Assembly: GCA_973895155.1 (NCBI GenBank)
Contig: OZ316891.1
Coordinates: forward strand, 2,741,801-2,805,800
From: Marsupella aquatica
Lineage: Eukaryota; Plantae; Marchantiophyta
Length of the DNA stretch: 64,000 nt
Direction of reading: 5' to 3'
Shown here: piece by piece, positions 51,170 through 64,000 of the stretch
How positions within the stretch are numbered: position 1 is the stretch's first letter
Layout: each line of letters opens with the position of its first letter
Notes under the pieces: generated by a model
The model's database searches: none
Seen by the model: the letters and a program-made list of their open reading frames with translations, nothing else
What the model was told of the DNA's origin: nothing
Made by a program: the position numbers and the translations under genes

Positions 51170-51600
51170 CAAAAGATGTTGAGGTGACAAAAGATGTTGA
51201 GGTGAAGAAAAGATATCATGGAGAGAAAAATATGTCAAGGAGAGAAGAGATGGCAAGGTGAGAAAAAGATGTAACAATGAGGAAAACATGTTGAGGGTGA
51301 GGGCAACATGTCATGGTGAGATAAAGATGTGAAGGTGAGAAAAAGATGGCAAGATGAAAAAATATAAGATGTCAAGCCAGGTGAGAAAAAATTTCAAGGG
51401 TGCAAATAAAATATTATGGTGCTCAAGATAAAGATGTCAATGTGAGAAAAAGACAACAAGGCAAGGTAAAGATGTCAAGGAAAGATAAATATGTAAAGAT
51501 TAGCAAAAGATGGCAAGGCAAGGTAAAGATGCCGAGGAAAGCTAAATATGTAAAGATTAGCAAAATATGAAGGCAAGGGAAGATGTTGAGGCAAGGCAGG
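51170..51600. repeat. Purine-rich minisatellite (~18-20-bp AAAAGATGTCAAGGTGAG-like units)
   Basis: Roughly 20 degenerate copies. Confidence 0.75.
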
Positions 51601-52262
51601 AAATTATAAGCTTTGCGATGTAGTGTTGAGACATGTTATGTGTGATTTCGGCCATACATTTGTTGTGTCATGTTTGATAACCTGTGCATCACACATAGAA
51701 ATTGATGATGCAAGATAGCGGCCACCGCATGAGTCTAGCACAATTGAGTAACAGGAAACTATAGCACGTCAATTCTTACGAGGTTTGTTTTGATCAATCA
51801 AACATACCAAGTTCAAATTTTGTCGACTGAATGTTTCGCTGGTAGTGTAGTAAGGCTACATGGGCACCAAGCAGCACTTCTCCTATCAAGGGTGTAGATT
51901 CAAGGAATCTTAGCCTGATAACATGCATTCCAACACCAAAGCTATTGCAAGCACTTCTATTTCAACTCTTTCTTGAGCAAAGGTATGCATTTAAGAAGAG
52001 TAAGACTTCCTAAATATTTATCGCCCGGTTATCTTCTAAAATGCCCTTATCATGTCATCACTAAGTCCTCTTTGATGCTTCAGCAGGTCCGTGGAAATCA
52101 CCTTCAGGTGGACTGATAGTTAACTACATCTACTCTGAGGGCAATAAATCTTGAGTTGAGCTTATTACTACATTCAATTATGTAAAGAGGAAAAGCTCCT
52201 TCAATATAATAAGCTGATTTGTTTTTTTTCACTTTACAATGTCTAGGGATGTGCTAAGTGCA

Positions 52263-53458
52263 TCAAGGCAAGTTAAAGCCTTCAAACATATCCTCAAGAG
52301 GGGGCGGGACGTCTGTGTTATCTGCTGTGTAAAGTTTGGACTCCACCATAGTGAGAGGTTCAGATTGATTTAAATTCATGAACCCAGAACATGCTGGACA
52401 CCATAGGGCTGAACTGGTACAGAGTGGTCTTTGACACAGACACAGGCACTCTCTGAAGAACCAAAAAGATTTTGTTGTACTCACCAGGATGATTGCATCA
52501 TACTAATTCCATTGTTGTATTAAGAATTTGATTTTTCTAACCTCAAGTATAGAAGGACCTGTGATTTCACAGCGTTTGGTTTTGAAATTGTGCTGGTTCC
52601 AAAAAAAGGTAGGTGTGTACTCCCGTGTGTACTGAAGAAGAGTAGGATTTCATAGCCATGGATAAAATGATTTGTCTACAGCGTGTAAGTTTCAAAAACT
52701 AGATATAGGACAAATCAACCAATTCCTACATGTTCTTATCCTGCCCGAAATGCAGGATTTGAGTCAAAGTAGTCATAGTAGGCTTCAATACAAAAGATGT
52801 AATTGGTTGAACAGTGAACTTGAAAGAGAATCCACATTCAAGATTTAAACCACAATTAACCTTGATAACGCACAAACACATATTATGAGATGAAGCTGTT
52901 ACAACCAACATCTCCCATAATCTACACCAACTCTACTCATTTCATAAACTTTTAAAGCTTACAGTTCCATCACTACAGGCTCCATACAAACATGTAAAAT
53001 CTCCCATGCATACTTGAGTTGCTCTTTCATCAACTATCCTATGCACTGTACTTGTAAATATGGCCCACGACTGTAGCCATGCTTGCCTACCTCAACTCTT
53101 AGTACGGAGCAGTCATAGGTGTTCGTGTTCTTCCCCCTAAGAGCATCCATGCCGGCACTTTCCGTAGGGCCTGACCAATTATTGACATTGTAATCAACAT
53201 TGACATTTTTTTCTGATTGCACTGGTTCCTGGTATTAATAGTGAAATATTTTCCAGGATAGGTAACCACAGGGAATGCAGACTGGCACATTGAGCATTTT
53301 TTGGCGTGCAGCAAAAAGTTTTTCCCAGGCTTGGCAAATTGCATGTGAACGACAATCTGCCTCCAACTTCCCTTTTCCTCTGCAAACTGCACAGTATATG
53401 TTGCAACCACCATTTGCTTTGTGATAGGAGCATGTCCAAATGGCAGCCACTGATGCAT
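52263..53458 (-). pseudogene. Degenerate coding remnant, possibly an HUH-endonuclease (Replitron/CRESS-like Rep) transposase
   Basis: Consecutive minus-strand ORF fragments broken by frameshifts and stops. Motif-like strings YNVNNW, VEVGKHGYSRGPYLQVQ and VSFKSL, plus Cys pairs CSMC and CLC...CPAC. The identity is speculative. Confidence 0.3.
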
Positions 53459-54019
53459 GACATTTGTTTGTTTGGGAGGGCTTGACCATCCCGGTCTGCT
53501 TTGGCTTCTAAGAAAGGTTCGTTTACCCAGCCCCCAGCTGGTAAACTGGTGTGGATGCTAAATGAAGATTGGGAGTTGACTCCACAGGAATGCTAAACCC
53601 CTATCACAAGGCCCTGTGATGAATGTTAGAAACTGCATGGGCAAAGTGACTCAAATACAGGACCTTCTGTTTGAATATAGTATGCCCTCCAATTTTTTGG
53701 TTATTTGATATCTTGAAATGCACACATAGCCTTCTCCCACCTATATAATTAGTTTGTGTACCCCATCTCCCTATAACTATTCTTAAATTCAATGAGAGAT
53801 AAATACTTGTAAATATTTTTAAATATTATATCAAAGTATGTGCCTTGTTTCATGAGTCCTACATGACCACTTATATTATGTGAACAAAGCATGTGGATCA
53901 TGAAGTAACTGGAAAATGAAGGAACTTGTACCTCTATATTAGTGTTTATCCTGCTTCCCCCTATTTTGAATTGCTTGTAACTTCATGATGAAACTAATTG
54001 TCTAGATCAAGTTCAATCT

Positions 54020-54694
54020 TTGATTCTTTCCATGTTACAATTCCTTATAAATGCTAAACCAATTGGGATGAAAAGCTTGGGTTAGGGCTGGGTTGCTAGA
54101 TTCTTTCCATGCTACAATTCATTATAAATGCTAAACTAATTGAGGTGAAAAGCTTGGGTTGGGGCCTGGGTTGCTAGTGTGAAATCTCTACAGTAGACCT
54201 TGACTCTAGTGCCCCACCAAAATGACCTTGACTCTAGTGCCCCACCAAAATTATGTGGAGGGAAATAATGAAAGGATAATATGTATGTCAAAATGATAAT
54301 CATGAATGACAATTTTTGACATCATTTCTATTTACTACTTTAAATACTACACATTATAATAAGCTCCTCAGTGCTTACTAATTCTGAAGAAGTTGTCAAA
54401 AAGTTGTTCCCTGATCTCAGACTTTTCCCATCGCCATGACCTTGTCCAAATTCCTGATAACATTAACTCATTGTGAAGAACGGTGTGATCGACAACTTGT
54501 TCCCTAGATTCGTTTTACAAGTTCCTTGACCTCCCTCTTATCAATTTCCTTGCCCCCGATTTAGGAAATACTTACTTCAGGCTGGAAGGTGTGATCGAGA
54601 ACTTGTTCCCTAGATTCGTTTTACAAGTTACTTGAACTCCCGCTTATGAATTTCCTTTCCCCTAATTTCGGAAGGACTTACTCCAGGCTGGAAA
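54020..54694. repeat. Short tandem duplications (~77 bp at 54023-54178; ~106 bp at 54482-54694)
   Basis: GATTCTTTCCATG.TACAATTC.TTATAAATGCTAAAC twice; GGTGTGATCGA.AACTTGTTCCCTAGATTCGTTTTACAAGTT twice. Confidence 0.75.
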
Positions 54695-56657
54695 CCAAGG
54701 CTGGCTGACTCTAGAAAACTCTGTAGGATGGGACCAGTAGGTATCGAGTTCTTCAGCATGGGCTCATTGACACACATGAGTGGTTGAAGCTAATGCGTAT
54801 TCTGTTCAAAGGATTCGTTAGAAACAAATCTCACATAGGTTCACTTGGTCAAAACGTGTGCAATAATAAGTCTGTACAGGTTCTCCTACCCCTGATAGAT
54901 CTTTGGGATTGGAGTGCGACGCCTGCTCTAGTCCACAAATTAAACCAGAGTGACGAGTGTTATTGAAGACCCACATACCCATTCCCACCGGCACTCCGAT
55001 TCAAGTACAGTTTTAAATATCACGAGTGAAGGTGAGTATTGATTGTCGATGTGAATGAACGCTCAATCAGTAGCTTCTACAGAGTCACGGGAAGCTGCTT
55101 GTTGTGCTCGCATAGAGATTGGTATAGAGATTGGCATCCTGCCCAAGGAAATAGGAGCACACAGACCGAGCGAGAGAAGAACAACCGGGGTCAACGAAAT
55201 CATTCACAGAAGTTCTGGCCCCCGAAGCTCTGCTCTGTATTTATACATGATACGAACCGTCCGCGAGAGTAGGACCGAATTCTTCGACACCAGGTTGGCT
55301 ACGGTAGAGCGTTTCATCCTTTGCCGCGTAACCACTCAAATCCCTCCAATTAGGTCACAGCGGATATCGTGGCTTTATGCACAGAGCGCGAAAAAGCTGT
55401 AAAGTTCCTCGGTACAGTTCACCAACTGTCGTTCTTGGGTGGGGAACACCTCTCCTCTCTACCCCAGCGTTCCCATCAGGATATCGCATATATTGAAGCG
55501 GGGTCATAAATATGTTGGGCGTGAATGATGTCCAGCTCTGTTCGAACCCGGCGGATATGAGTCCATACTGGAGCGAGTAAAGTAGTCGGCCACCGGCATC
55601 CAGCTTGCTTCCCCAGACCTTTATCTGAAATTACTGTCTGATTCGGAATACAATAATATAGGAAATCCAACACCGGCAGACACTAAACCGCTTGGCCCAG
55701 TAGAACAACTTAAACAGAATCAATCGTTAGTCCTGCGGAACCTGTAGTCGGGAAGGTTTAACGAGGCTGATACACCTGACAGCTTTCGGAAAGGTAAAAG
55801 CTCCTGCAAGGCTCCCAATGCGGGCTGTCGTAGATCATTGGCCTGGCGGTGGACATGCCGGGCTGGACCTTGCGTAGTAGCTATATGATCTGTTCGTACT
55901 TATCAGGAACAAAATTATCTATTCCCCACCTACGATACAACCAACTAAACTGGCGAAAGTCTTCCGATCCATTCGACTGAGAAGCTTTCTGCGTTTAGGG
56001 TAAGAAAATCTTCTCGATCTTAGTTTCACAAAAAGTCAAGCCGGTTGCAGCGGATGCCGTGCACAACGTATTGATCGCCTACATTCAAACCGCGGACATA
56101 AAATGGTGCACCACTAGAAAAACAGACGGGATGTAAGTGGCACAAAGCCCCAGTCCAGAAGATCCATCGATGTACTGGCCAAACCACGGGTCTCCGACAT
56201 AAAGGTAAAAAATGGACACAACCTCCACCAACCTTGAACAGCTGAGAAAGACAACGACACAGGATGCTTGACAACAATAAAAGAACTCCGGAAATGATAA
56301 GGGATCCGACTATGAACCATCAAACTACACTAAGACGAAGTAACCAACACACAAATTCAGAATTACGCACAAATATATTGTGTACAATGTCAAGAAATAC
56401 CTCCAATATCACGAGCTGTTAATAAGAGACAATCGGCACGTATTAACAGCGCGTGCGAGAAATACATGGACGATAGCTACACTAAACTAGCTAAATTCCA
56501 CGAAAAGAAATGAACGACGAGCTCAAAGATAGGAAACGATTCCCAGTACGCGGTTGATGCTATGTCATATGTATGGAAAAATGCGGATGACGAGAGATCC
56601 CGCCACGCCACCACTATTGTCCACATGATATGGGGCGACTTCATGAGCGAGGAGGCC

Positions 56658-58004
56658 TCACTCGTCATCATCGTCGGCTTCCGCATCTCGAAGCCAATCC
56701 ACGAAAGGTTGTGCATATTTCTTGACTTCTGCTGCGCTGGGATCCACGGTGTCCATGTTGTCAAACCACTCCAGGATCTGATCCTCCTCCACTATATCCT
56801 CGTCATACAGAACCTTGAGGACCAATGCGATCTCCTTTGCGACATCCGGAGGGGATGGTCCGCAAAAAGTCTCCAGCGTAACCAAAAGACTTAGCTGCGC
56901 TGCTTCGTCTGGAACCGCCTTCTGTACATAAACTTTTTTCTTGGCGACCTCCTTGGCGATCCCTTTAAAAAACCCATCGAATAAAGCTTCAAAGCACGCA
57001 TTCATAATTTCCTGTGGAGGCTCTTGCTTCTTCTCCATCACGGCAGCCAGCTGAGATGGAGAAGTGCCATTCTCCAGGAGCTCCTTCAATTCGTTTACAA
57101 GGATGCTGTGAAGACTCAAGTCCTCCACCTTAGGCAGGTCGATCTCGGCAGGCTCCTCTGGAGTCACGACATCGCCTTTCTTGGACAGTGATTTCTTCAA
57201 CGGCTTCGGTTTGATATCCTTGGAGGCCTTGGTCGATGGTGACATAGGCGTCTCTTCCACCAGCATAACCATCTCACTTGTGGCAGACGTGAGTTGTTCT
57301 TGGATGCGTCGCTGTGCAGCTGCTGCCGACGTATCGGTCTGCCACTCCACACCATCGTCCTCCACGTCGGCGACACCCTCGTCATCCCCTTGACTGGACA
57401 CTTCCTCATCCGACCCTGCTTTCTTCTTCAGAACCCTCCCTTCGTCTTGGGACTTTTTCTTCTTCAACTCCTTCTTGACCTTATCAACGATTTCACCTTC
57501 CTTCTGCCGCTCCTTCTCGGCTCGCCTCAGATTGTCCTTCTTGCTGCCCTTTTTCTTCGTTTCCGTTGGATTCTTCACAATGAACGTTGTGAGCTTGTCT
57601 CGCATGTCAACATCTGACACAAATCCACACGCTGCACACTTCAAAGTTATGAGCTGGCTCTTGCTGATGTTAACTGTAGTTTCAGGATTGCCACATCCGT
57701 AACACTGCACATATTTCTTGATGAATATCTCCAGCAATCCGGCCAGTTTGGCGGTCTCGTGCGCTCCGTTAACGATAGACGTGCCCGTCTTCTCGTCGTA
57801 CTTCGATTGAGCACCGAGTTCACAGCCGAAGAACTTGGTGGTGTACGATGGTGGTCTGGCGAGGGCCTTGGCCACTTCAACCATATTGACTACATTCGTC
57901 TTGATTCCGTTACCCCGGCCTTCAATCTTGGTCACCAATCGGGGCATCTTGTACCGGTAGAAAGCATCATCCCGGTTACCAGCCCCGATATTTTGCAGCG
58001 CCAT
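56658..58004 (-). CDS. eIF5: Eukaryotic translation initiation factor 5 (eIF5), intronless CDS, 448 aa
   Basis: N-terminal DAFYRYKMP/KIEGRGNGIKT GAP domain, C2C2 zinc finger (CYGC...CAAC), VEWQTD motif, and C-terminal W2 domain with AA boxes (LYDEDIVEEDQILEW, PFVDWLRDAE). The start codon is in strong context (AAG-ATG-G). Confidence 0.97.
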   Translation of the reverse strand: MALQNIGAGNRDDAFYRYKMPRLVTKIEGRGNGIKTNVVNMVEVAKALARPPSYTTKFFGCELGAQSKYDEKTGTSIVNGAHETAKLAGLLEIFIKKYVQCYGCGNPETTVNISKSQLITLKCAACGFVSDVDMRDKLTTFIVKNPTETKKKGSKKDNLRRAEKERQKEGEIVDKVKKELKKKKSQDEGRVLKKKAGSDEEVSSQGDDEGVADVEDDGVEWQTDTSAAAAQRRIQEQLTSATSEMVMLVEETPMSPSTKASKDIKPKPLKKSLSKKGDVVTPEEPAEIDLPKVEDLSLHSILVNELKELLENGTSPSQLAAVMEKKQEPPQEIMNACFEALFDGFFKGIAKEVAKKKVYVQKAVPDEAAQLSLLVTLETFCGPSPPDVAKEIALVLKVLYDEDIVEEDQILEWFDNMDTVDPSAAEVKKYAQPFVDWLRDAEADDDDE

Positions 58005-59042
58005 CTTCTCCGCAAATCTACCACCACAGTTCCTCCACCGCCAAACTCCTCACGGCATCTGCTGATACAAGGCCTCAACGACAAGGATCTGCTGCTTCCC
58101 GCTTCTGCTCTGCTGCTGCTCAGATCACAACCGCAAGTGGGAGCAAACCACAGATGCCGCAGTTCATTATTATTCTCGAAACTTGTGTTGAAAACTGACG
58201 TCTCCACGCCCGCAAACCGGCCTCGTAGAACTCCGCCACATGCCTGGCACCAACTCATGTATGCGCTCCACTTCTTTCTGCAGCTCGCTCTGCAGCTCCT
58301 TCCGCTTCAAACCTTCCTTCCGTCCATGCCCTTCTTACCTCCTCTCCTCTCCTCTCCTCACCACCTCTCCTCTCCTCTCCTCTCCTCTCCTCTCGATCGA
58401 TCTCCACACCCACAACACCCAACGCTTCACTGTCCACCCTCTCGACCCCTAATCCCTCCTCCTCTTGATCTCTTTCTCGCTCCAACGTCGGCGCTCTCTG
58501 AATCGATTCTGCAACACACACACACAACTCTCACCAAATCCTCTCTATATCGATTTCACACAAAACATGCGGGTCGGTCGCTCTCCTCTCTTCTCTTCTC
58601 GTCTCCTCTCTTCTCGTCTCCTCTCCTGCTTTCTCTCCGTTGATAACCCTAGCAACTTCGCAAGAAGGATCGAGCAGCAGCAGCAGTTATCGAAGAAAGA
58701 ACAAAGGAAAAGGATGACAGCCAAACAACATGAAGAGAGAGCACAGGAAACAGAGTATTTCACTCCCGTCGTCGGGACTCGTGTATCTCTTATTACACTC
58801 CTCCTTATCGCTCCCCGAGTCCCCGTGTGGACCCAGTCTGCAAGGAACCCGCCCCGCCTGCCCCGCCTGCCCCTCAAAGGCGGTCCCAACCTCAACCCCA
58901 CCGCGACGAAAACACGGGGGCGGGCGGGAAAGCCGGGAAAGGGGGCGGTGGTTTTAGGGCACGCTAAGCAGGTTTGACGGTCCAGATCTTGTCCGCGTAT
59001 CGGTGTAGTTTTCAGGGGCGTAATAGGAAGGGCCCCTTATGA

Positions 59043-59220
59043 TTAGGGTTTCGGGGCTAGGGATTAATAAGAAGTGGTCGTCCTCGGGAGCCAGGTCCAA
59101 AACTAAACAAAGGTTCCCGCTGTCGGCCCAGTAGAGTGAGGCTAAAGTTAGCGGCACCTCGTTTCATCGGTGTCGTTGCTCGTGCGTTGGCATCACACTC
59201 CGCCTCCAAATGTGGCCCAC
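59043..59220 (-). promoter_or_regulatory. Telo-box plus site II (GGCCCA) module upstream of eIF5
   Basis: TTAGGGTTT (AAACCCTAA on minus) at 59043-59051; GGCCCA at ~59125 and ~59214; telo-like TAACCCTAG at ~58644. This pairing is typical of plant translation-machinery promoters. Confidence 0.6.
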
Positions 59221-62200
59221 CCTGTTTAGTTGGACCGCATTTCTGTCGAAGTTGGAAGGTCACCTTGTTTGATCTTCGTGTCACGTTCGCATTGGTCAAA
59301 TATAAATTTTCAAAAGAAGTTGACAAACAGCAGTGCTGGGTGCCCTATCTATCTGTCTACCCTAAACCCTTTTCTTCATATGGTGTGCTAACAAAATGTC
59401 TTTTTGTGAATCACCCGTGTTAATTTTTCTTATGGTGACATTTCCTACTAATTATGAGTTGGACCTAAGGGTGTTTTTCAGCACCCAACCTGTCATTCTT
59501 CTTGCATATAGCATGTTCATCTTGGAACATGTCTTGTTTTTTGTCTTGTAATGATATGTAATTCATTTGATTTATTTACGAACCCCATGAGAGGTCCCTT
59601 CCAAAATTCCTGGCACTAGAGTGTGCCACATCAATAACAACCGTAACAAACAAGACTCATCAGTTTTATGAATCAACTTATAGTTTTCATTTGTGTTTGC
59701 GTCAATTTGGGTGTAAATTCAGGGACGCCATGCCATAAAAATAAATGTAAAAATTTAAAAATGCAAAGAGCAAGATGGGTAAAACTGTCACAATATAACC
59801 ATTTTAGTTAAGTATCTAATTTTTAAAATTAAATTCAAATATTTAAAAAATAAATAATGACTAATAACTAACTTGATAACTTCCTTGTTAAAGGATAATT
59901 GGCACATGGAGTAAGATTTCCAGCCTTTTGCAATTCAAGCAAACTATGAGCTATGGTCGGAATTTGAACTCAATGAATTGATTCAATTCATTTGATCAGA
60001 CATTGATCTGGTTTCAAATGGACTTGCCATGGATTGACTATTGACTCTCGTAGCTTGAGAATTTGGTTGCATGTAACAAAAAAGTTTGATTTTGACAAGT
60101 ACTTGTGATAACCATCCTGTCGACTTTGGCCTGCAAAGCAAAATATTCATGTGGCAGTTGAAAAAATGTCAAATGCTTAGACATGGCTGAATGGGTCCAC
60201 AATTGATTTGGTGAGAAAATCTAGTCTAATCTAAACAATACAAGCTATAAAACCTAAAATATTTGTCCAACACAACATGACTACCAGCTTCTCTTCTTAA
60301 TCATACTTCTCTCTTTTGAAAGCTTAAGCGCTGCCCTTCTCCATTTGGTGAATAGTTGCGTCAAGGTCATGAGGCTATTAACCTCTAATTCAAAACTTGC
60401 CAAATTCAGACTTCGGTGAAATCTCTAGAATTTCCAATAATTTGAAAGTACATAGACAAATCACGTGACAAATATTATACAAAGAGGACTCAGCAACTAG
60501 AAAGCTTAGGGTTCCTTGCTTAGAAAAGCAGATTTCTCATTTGATATGGAGAAAGGAGTCTTCTCAACTCAATTTGAGTGCATAAGGCAATTTAGTGGTC
60601 AAATATAGTGTCATCCAATGCCCAAATCAACTAACATAAACAAAATTGTGCCTTGGGTTTATTAATTAATGTTCTAAAATTAGTGAAATATCTCATAGAT
60701 CTTAAGTGTTTTAATGTGTGCTAGCAGAGCATTATGGACCCTTGTATGGGCCATATTAGCCTCTCAAAATGCAAGCTCAAACAAGGCCTAAAAAATGTAG
60801 CTAGCGGGTCCATGAACTAATTTATGATAAAAAAATAGGTACATGTAAAGTATATGCCAAGAACTCACTTAATGAAGAGTGAGTGACATAGTACACATGC
60901 AAAGAAAAGCACATTATGACCCAAAAAATACAAAGGTACTAAAGAGTTGTGCACATGCACTACAGATTTTCACTTGCTTCTAGGTAATGACAATCAACTC
61001 ATTTAAAACCATAAATTTTGTAAAGAAAACCAAGAGGGGAACTTAGTACACCTGATTCCTTTTCAATCACCTGAATAATGATAATTCACTAAGGAGTGAT
61101 TGAAAAGGAAAGATTAAACATTTATGAGGGGAGCCAAATGCATTAAAGGCATCTGAAAGTTAATTCAAAAGCAAATTAATACAAATGATTCACCTACTCT
61201 AGTTAAGGCACATTAAAATCAAAATACTGAACACAATCTGAATAAGACAAAATATGAAAGGTGGATTCTCCATATAGCATATTGCACACTGTCTCCTTGA
61301 AATCAAGTTGCCAAGCCATCTCGTTAAAATTGTGTTGCCAAGCCAACTCACCGACTCCCCGGTAATGTCCAACTGCCATCTCATTTGCATTTGACAACAC
61401 TAATGTATAATGTCACTTACTGTTGACAATAATTTGAAATGCAAGGGCATTGGGTTAGTGGGCCCAATTAAACAGGGAAAGAAACAGCCCAAAGGGTATC
61501 TTGGGTTCTAGTTTTCCTGCAGTGCCTGAGATGGTCTCCATGAGGTGCACTCTTCACATGCCCCTGCAGGCCAGTTTTGGGTTGGTTTCTACAGCATCCT
61601 TTAGTGATGAGTGAAACACAATAGCCAACATGCTCCATATTTTCAAGGTTAAAACTTAAGGCACTGGTTGATTTTTAAGTTAGGCCTCATGTCAAATTGT
61701 CCACCCCCTTTTGTATTAATCCAGTGCTGGGTCTCTTGGGTGCTGGCCCAATTAGATTATTTTCTTCCATGATACTTGGAACATGGAATAAATATTGATT
61801 GATCCAAAGGTCATCCAGGATAAACAGTCCAATATTTTGCGTGTTTGATTTCACTCAATACCTATCCAATAACTTACAAGCCTATATGTGGTAATGTAGA
61901 TTCATTCCCAGATAGGCAGGGATCTCTGGTAAACAACAAGCCTGTTCAATGCTCTGTTGGGAAAACACTTTGATTTGTCTAAAACCAGGACAACAGCACT
62001 CTTGACTACATTTGTTTGCCTGATTGCTTGGAATGAGCTACACATATTTCCAGGAGTTGAAATGTATGAAGGTAGGGCCTGGGTAGGGCAAATTGAATGT
62101 GTTGAATTCAATTTTTGGAAACTTTCTCAGTTTGGCAGATTTTCAGTTCCAATAATAAGCAGAGATATATGATGATGAATGTGTGTGCATTGATCTCTTC

Positions 62201-63489
62201 CATACCATCTGGGTGTCTTCAAGAAAGTCCCACAAGTCTTTGATGAATATAAGACAAAATTTCTCCTGAGATTGTTGCTATTCTATTCATACTGAAATTC
62301 AGTTGTTGGAAATTTGCATCTTTCTGGGAAGGTAATGCCCTAGATAAGGAGGAATTTTTGCTTGGATGGACCTCCAAGTTTGAGGTCATGATGAGGATGG
62401 ACCAAGCATTTTTGGACACCTACAAGGGGAGCAGTTATTCAAAGGAACTGAAGGTGTTATTAAAGTAAAAAGAAACATTTAAAAGTGGTTCATCCAGATT
62501 GGGGTAGTTCATCCAGGCATTTTGTCAAATGTTGTAGTCTATGGGAGTGTCAGTTTGACGTAAGGAGCTTCATTAATAAATTGTTACATAAATCTGCAAT
62601 CAACACTACTCAAACACTCATGTACGAAGAGCATGTTCCCAAGATATATAGTGAGGGTCAATGGGTCATTCCTTGCTTTCATCCATCCTTCCCTTTGTAC
62701 CGGGTGACCCAACAAAATAGAGGATGTCATGGTGATACAACATAATGTTTGCATGTGATTCTCATAGGGGGCTATGAGCTTATTAGGTCTGAATGCAATG
62801 TTGGGGAAAAATTGCATGGCACAACGTCGCATGGAACCATGTACAACGTAAAATTGACACAGACAGAGAGATACATGGTTCACCCCATCTAGGTTACGAC
62901 CATGGCAGAGAGAAGAAATCACAATGCAAACCCAATACATCTGCCATATACCATGCTCATCCTGGAACATGTTTTATTGTTTGTCTTGTAGTGATCTGAA
63001 AGTAAATAAAATATGAGAGAATAGAAGTGTTGTTATATAAGTAAAGTGCTAAGAAAAGCACAGTGACCAAAAAAAGGTACAGTCAAACGATGCTACGATG
63101 TGTGCACTTAACTCAGGGTGCCTTATGAATGACACTCCTTTCAATAAAAACCATAAACCTAGGAAAGAAAAACATGAGGAGAACTTAAGAGGCTATGCAT
63201 TCATGTTCTTCAGCATCATTTCTCTCACTCATGGTGGTGGAGTCTTTGGTTCATCTCTAAGGAAACACATACTGTGAAAGGGGGCTAAACACTCTAGAAT
63301 ACCTAAAACTAAAGGGGTCTAAAAATTAATTAAAAAAATTTAGACCCCTTGATAAGGCAGATTGAAATGAGAATACATGACACAACAATCTGAATAAGAC
63401 AAAATCTGAAATGTGCATTCACCATATAGCAGCTTCACAAATCCATAGCCATAGCCTAACAAACTTGCAAGTTAGTTGCTCTATGAGCA

Positions 63490-63757
63490 TTCCTCTCCTC
63501 CCTCTCTCTATCTCATCTCCAACTCCTGAAGACTGATCTCTAGTGTGAGCACAATGAAGTGCTCCTCCAGGGTTATACCCCCTCTCCACTAGTCTAACCT
63601 CAGCAACCTTTCTAGTGTGAGCACAATGAAGTGGGTTCCTCTCCTCCCTCTCTCTATCTCATCTCCAACTCCTGAAGAATGATCTCTAGTGTGAGCACAA
63701 TGAAGTGCTCCTCCAGGGTTATACCCCCTCTCCACTAGTCTAACCTCAGCAACCTTT
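63490..63757. repeat. Near-identical ~120-bp direct duplication
   Basis: TTCCTCTCCTCCCTCTCT...CTAGTCTAACCTCAGCAACCTTT at ~63490 and ~63636. Confidence 0.85.
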
Positions 63758-64000
63758 TAACTGTGGTTAGGTTGCACCCAAGTTAACCTAACCAAGCACT
63801 AGAGTTAAGTACCAACACATAGCACATGTGGTAAGGCATAATGTTGGGTTGGATGGGAGGGTTATTCAATAACATTTATAACAAATATAAACATCAAAAT
63901 TCACAGATGAGAGGCCCTAGTCTCTTTCACCTGGATTTGTTGGGTCTAATATAATATAGTAGCATTTCAATACAATGACAGAATTTCAAGTTACTTGGAT

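Noticed and set aside
57759-58977. Long plus-strand ORFs (294 and 170 aa) opposite eIF5 and its leader
   Set aside because: Antisense shadows of coding and CT-rich sequence, with low-complexity Leu/Ser/Pro content and no domain.
59400-63480. Possible gene or transposase in the AT-rich distal region
   Set aside because: Only short ORF fragments without recognisable motifs. Probably an old TE remnant, but it cannot be assigned.
1-64000. tRNA, rRNA, snoRNA or miRNA genes
   Set aside because: No convincing cloverleaf, rRNA segment or boxed snoRNA was seen by eye. A covariance-model search (tRNAscan-SE, Infernal/Rfam) would be needed to exclude them.

Overview
Eukaryotic, intron-containing land-plant genomic DNA. 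A liverwort or other bryophyte is likely but is only an inference. Four intact protein-coding genes lie on the minus strand, and their splice phases close correctly by hand: an unusually long MPS1/TTK kinase (6 exons, ~1439 aa), the UV-B photoreceptor UVR8 (12 exons, ~453 aa), a cytosolic pyruvate kinase (3 exons, ~511 aa) and eIF5 (intronless CDS, 448 aa). The intergenic space is TE-rich. It holds a full-length but decayed Bianca-like Ty1/copia element (110-112 bp LTRs, AAGAA TSD, half-tRNA-Ile PBS), two solo LTRs with TSDs, a 5'-truncated L1 LINE, a long-TIR Mutator-like element with a 10-bp TSD, two copies of a small Mutator-like MITE, and several tandem arrays. The best leads are these: a PBS whose C sits opposite the tRNA wobble base, as expected for an inosine-edited primer; a 1.55-kb unexplained leader and a 56-aa RT loop in the copia element; a candidate poison exon and an alternative donor in UVR8; twin Arg-rich uORFs before MPS1; the uAUG architecture of eIF5; and a degenerate ORF weakly resembling an HUH (Replitron/CRESS-like) Rep. 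No database searches were run.
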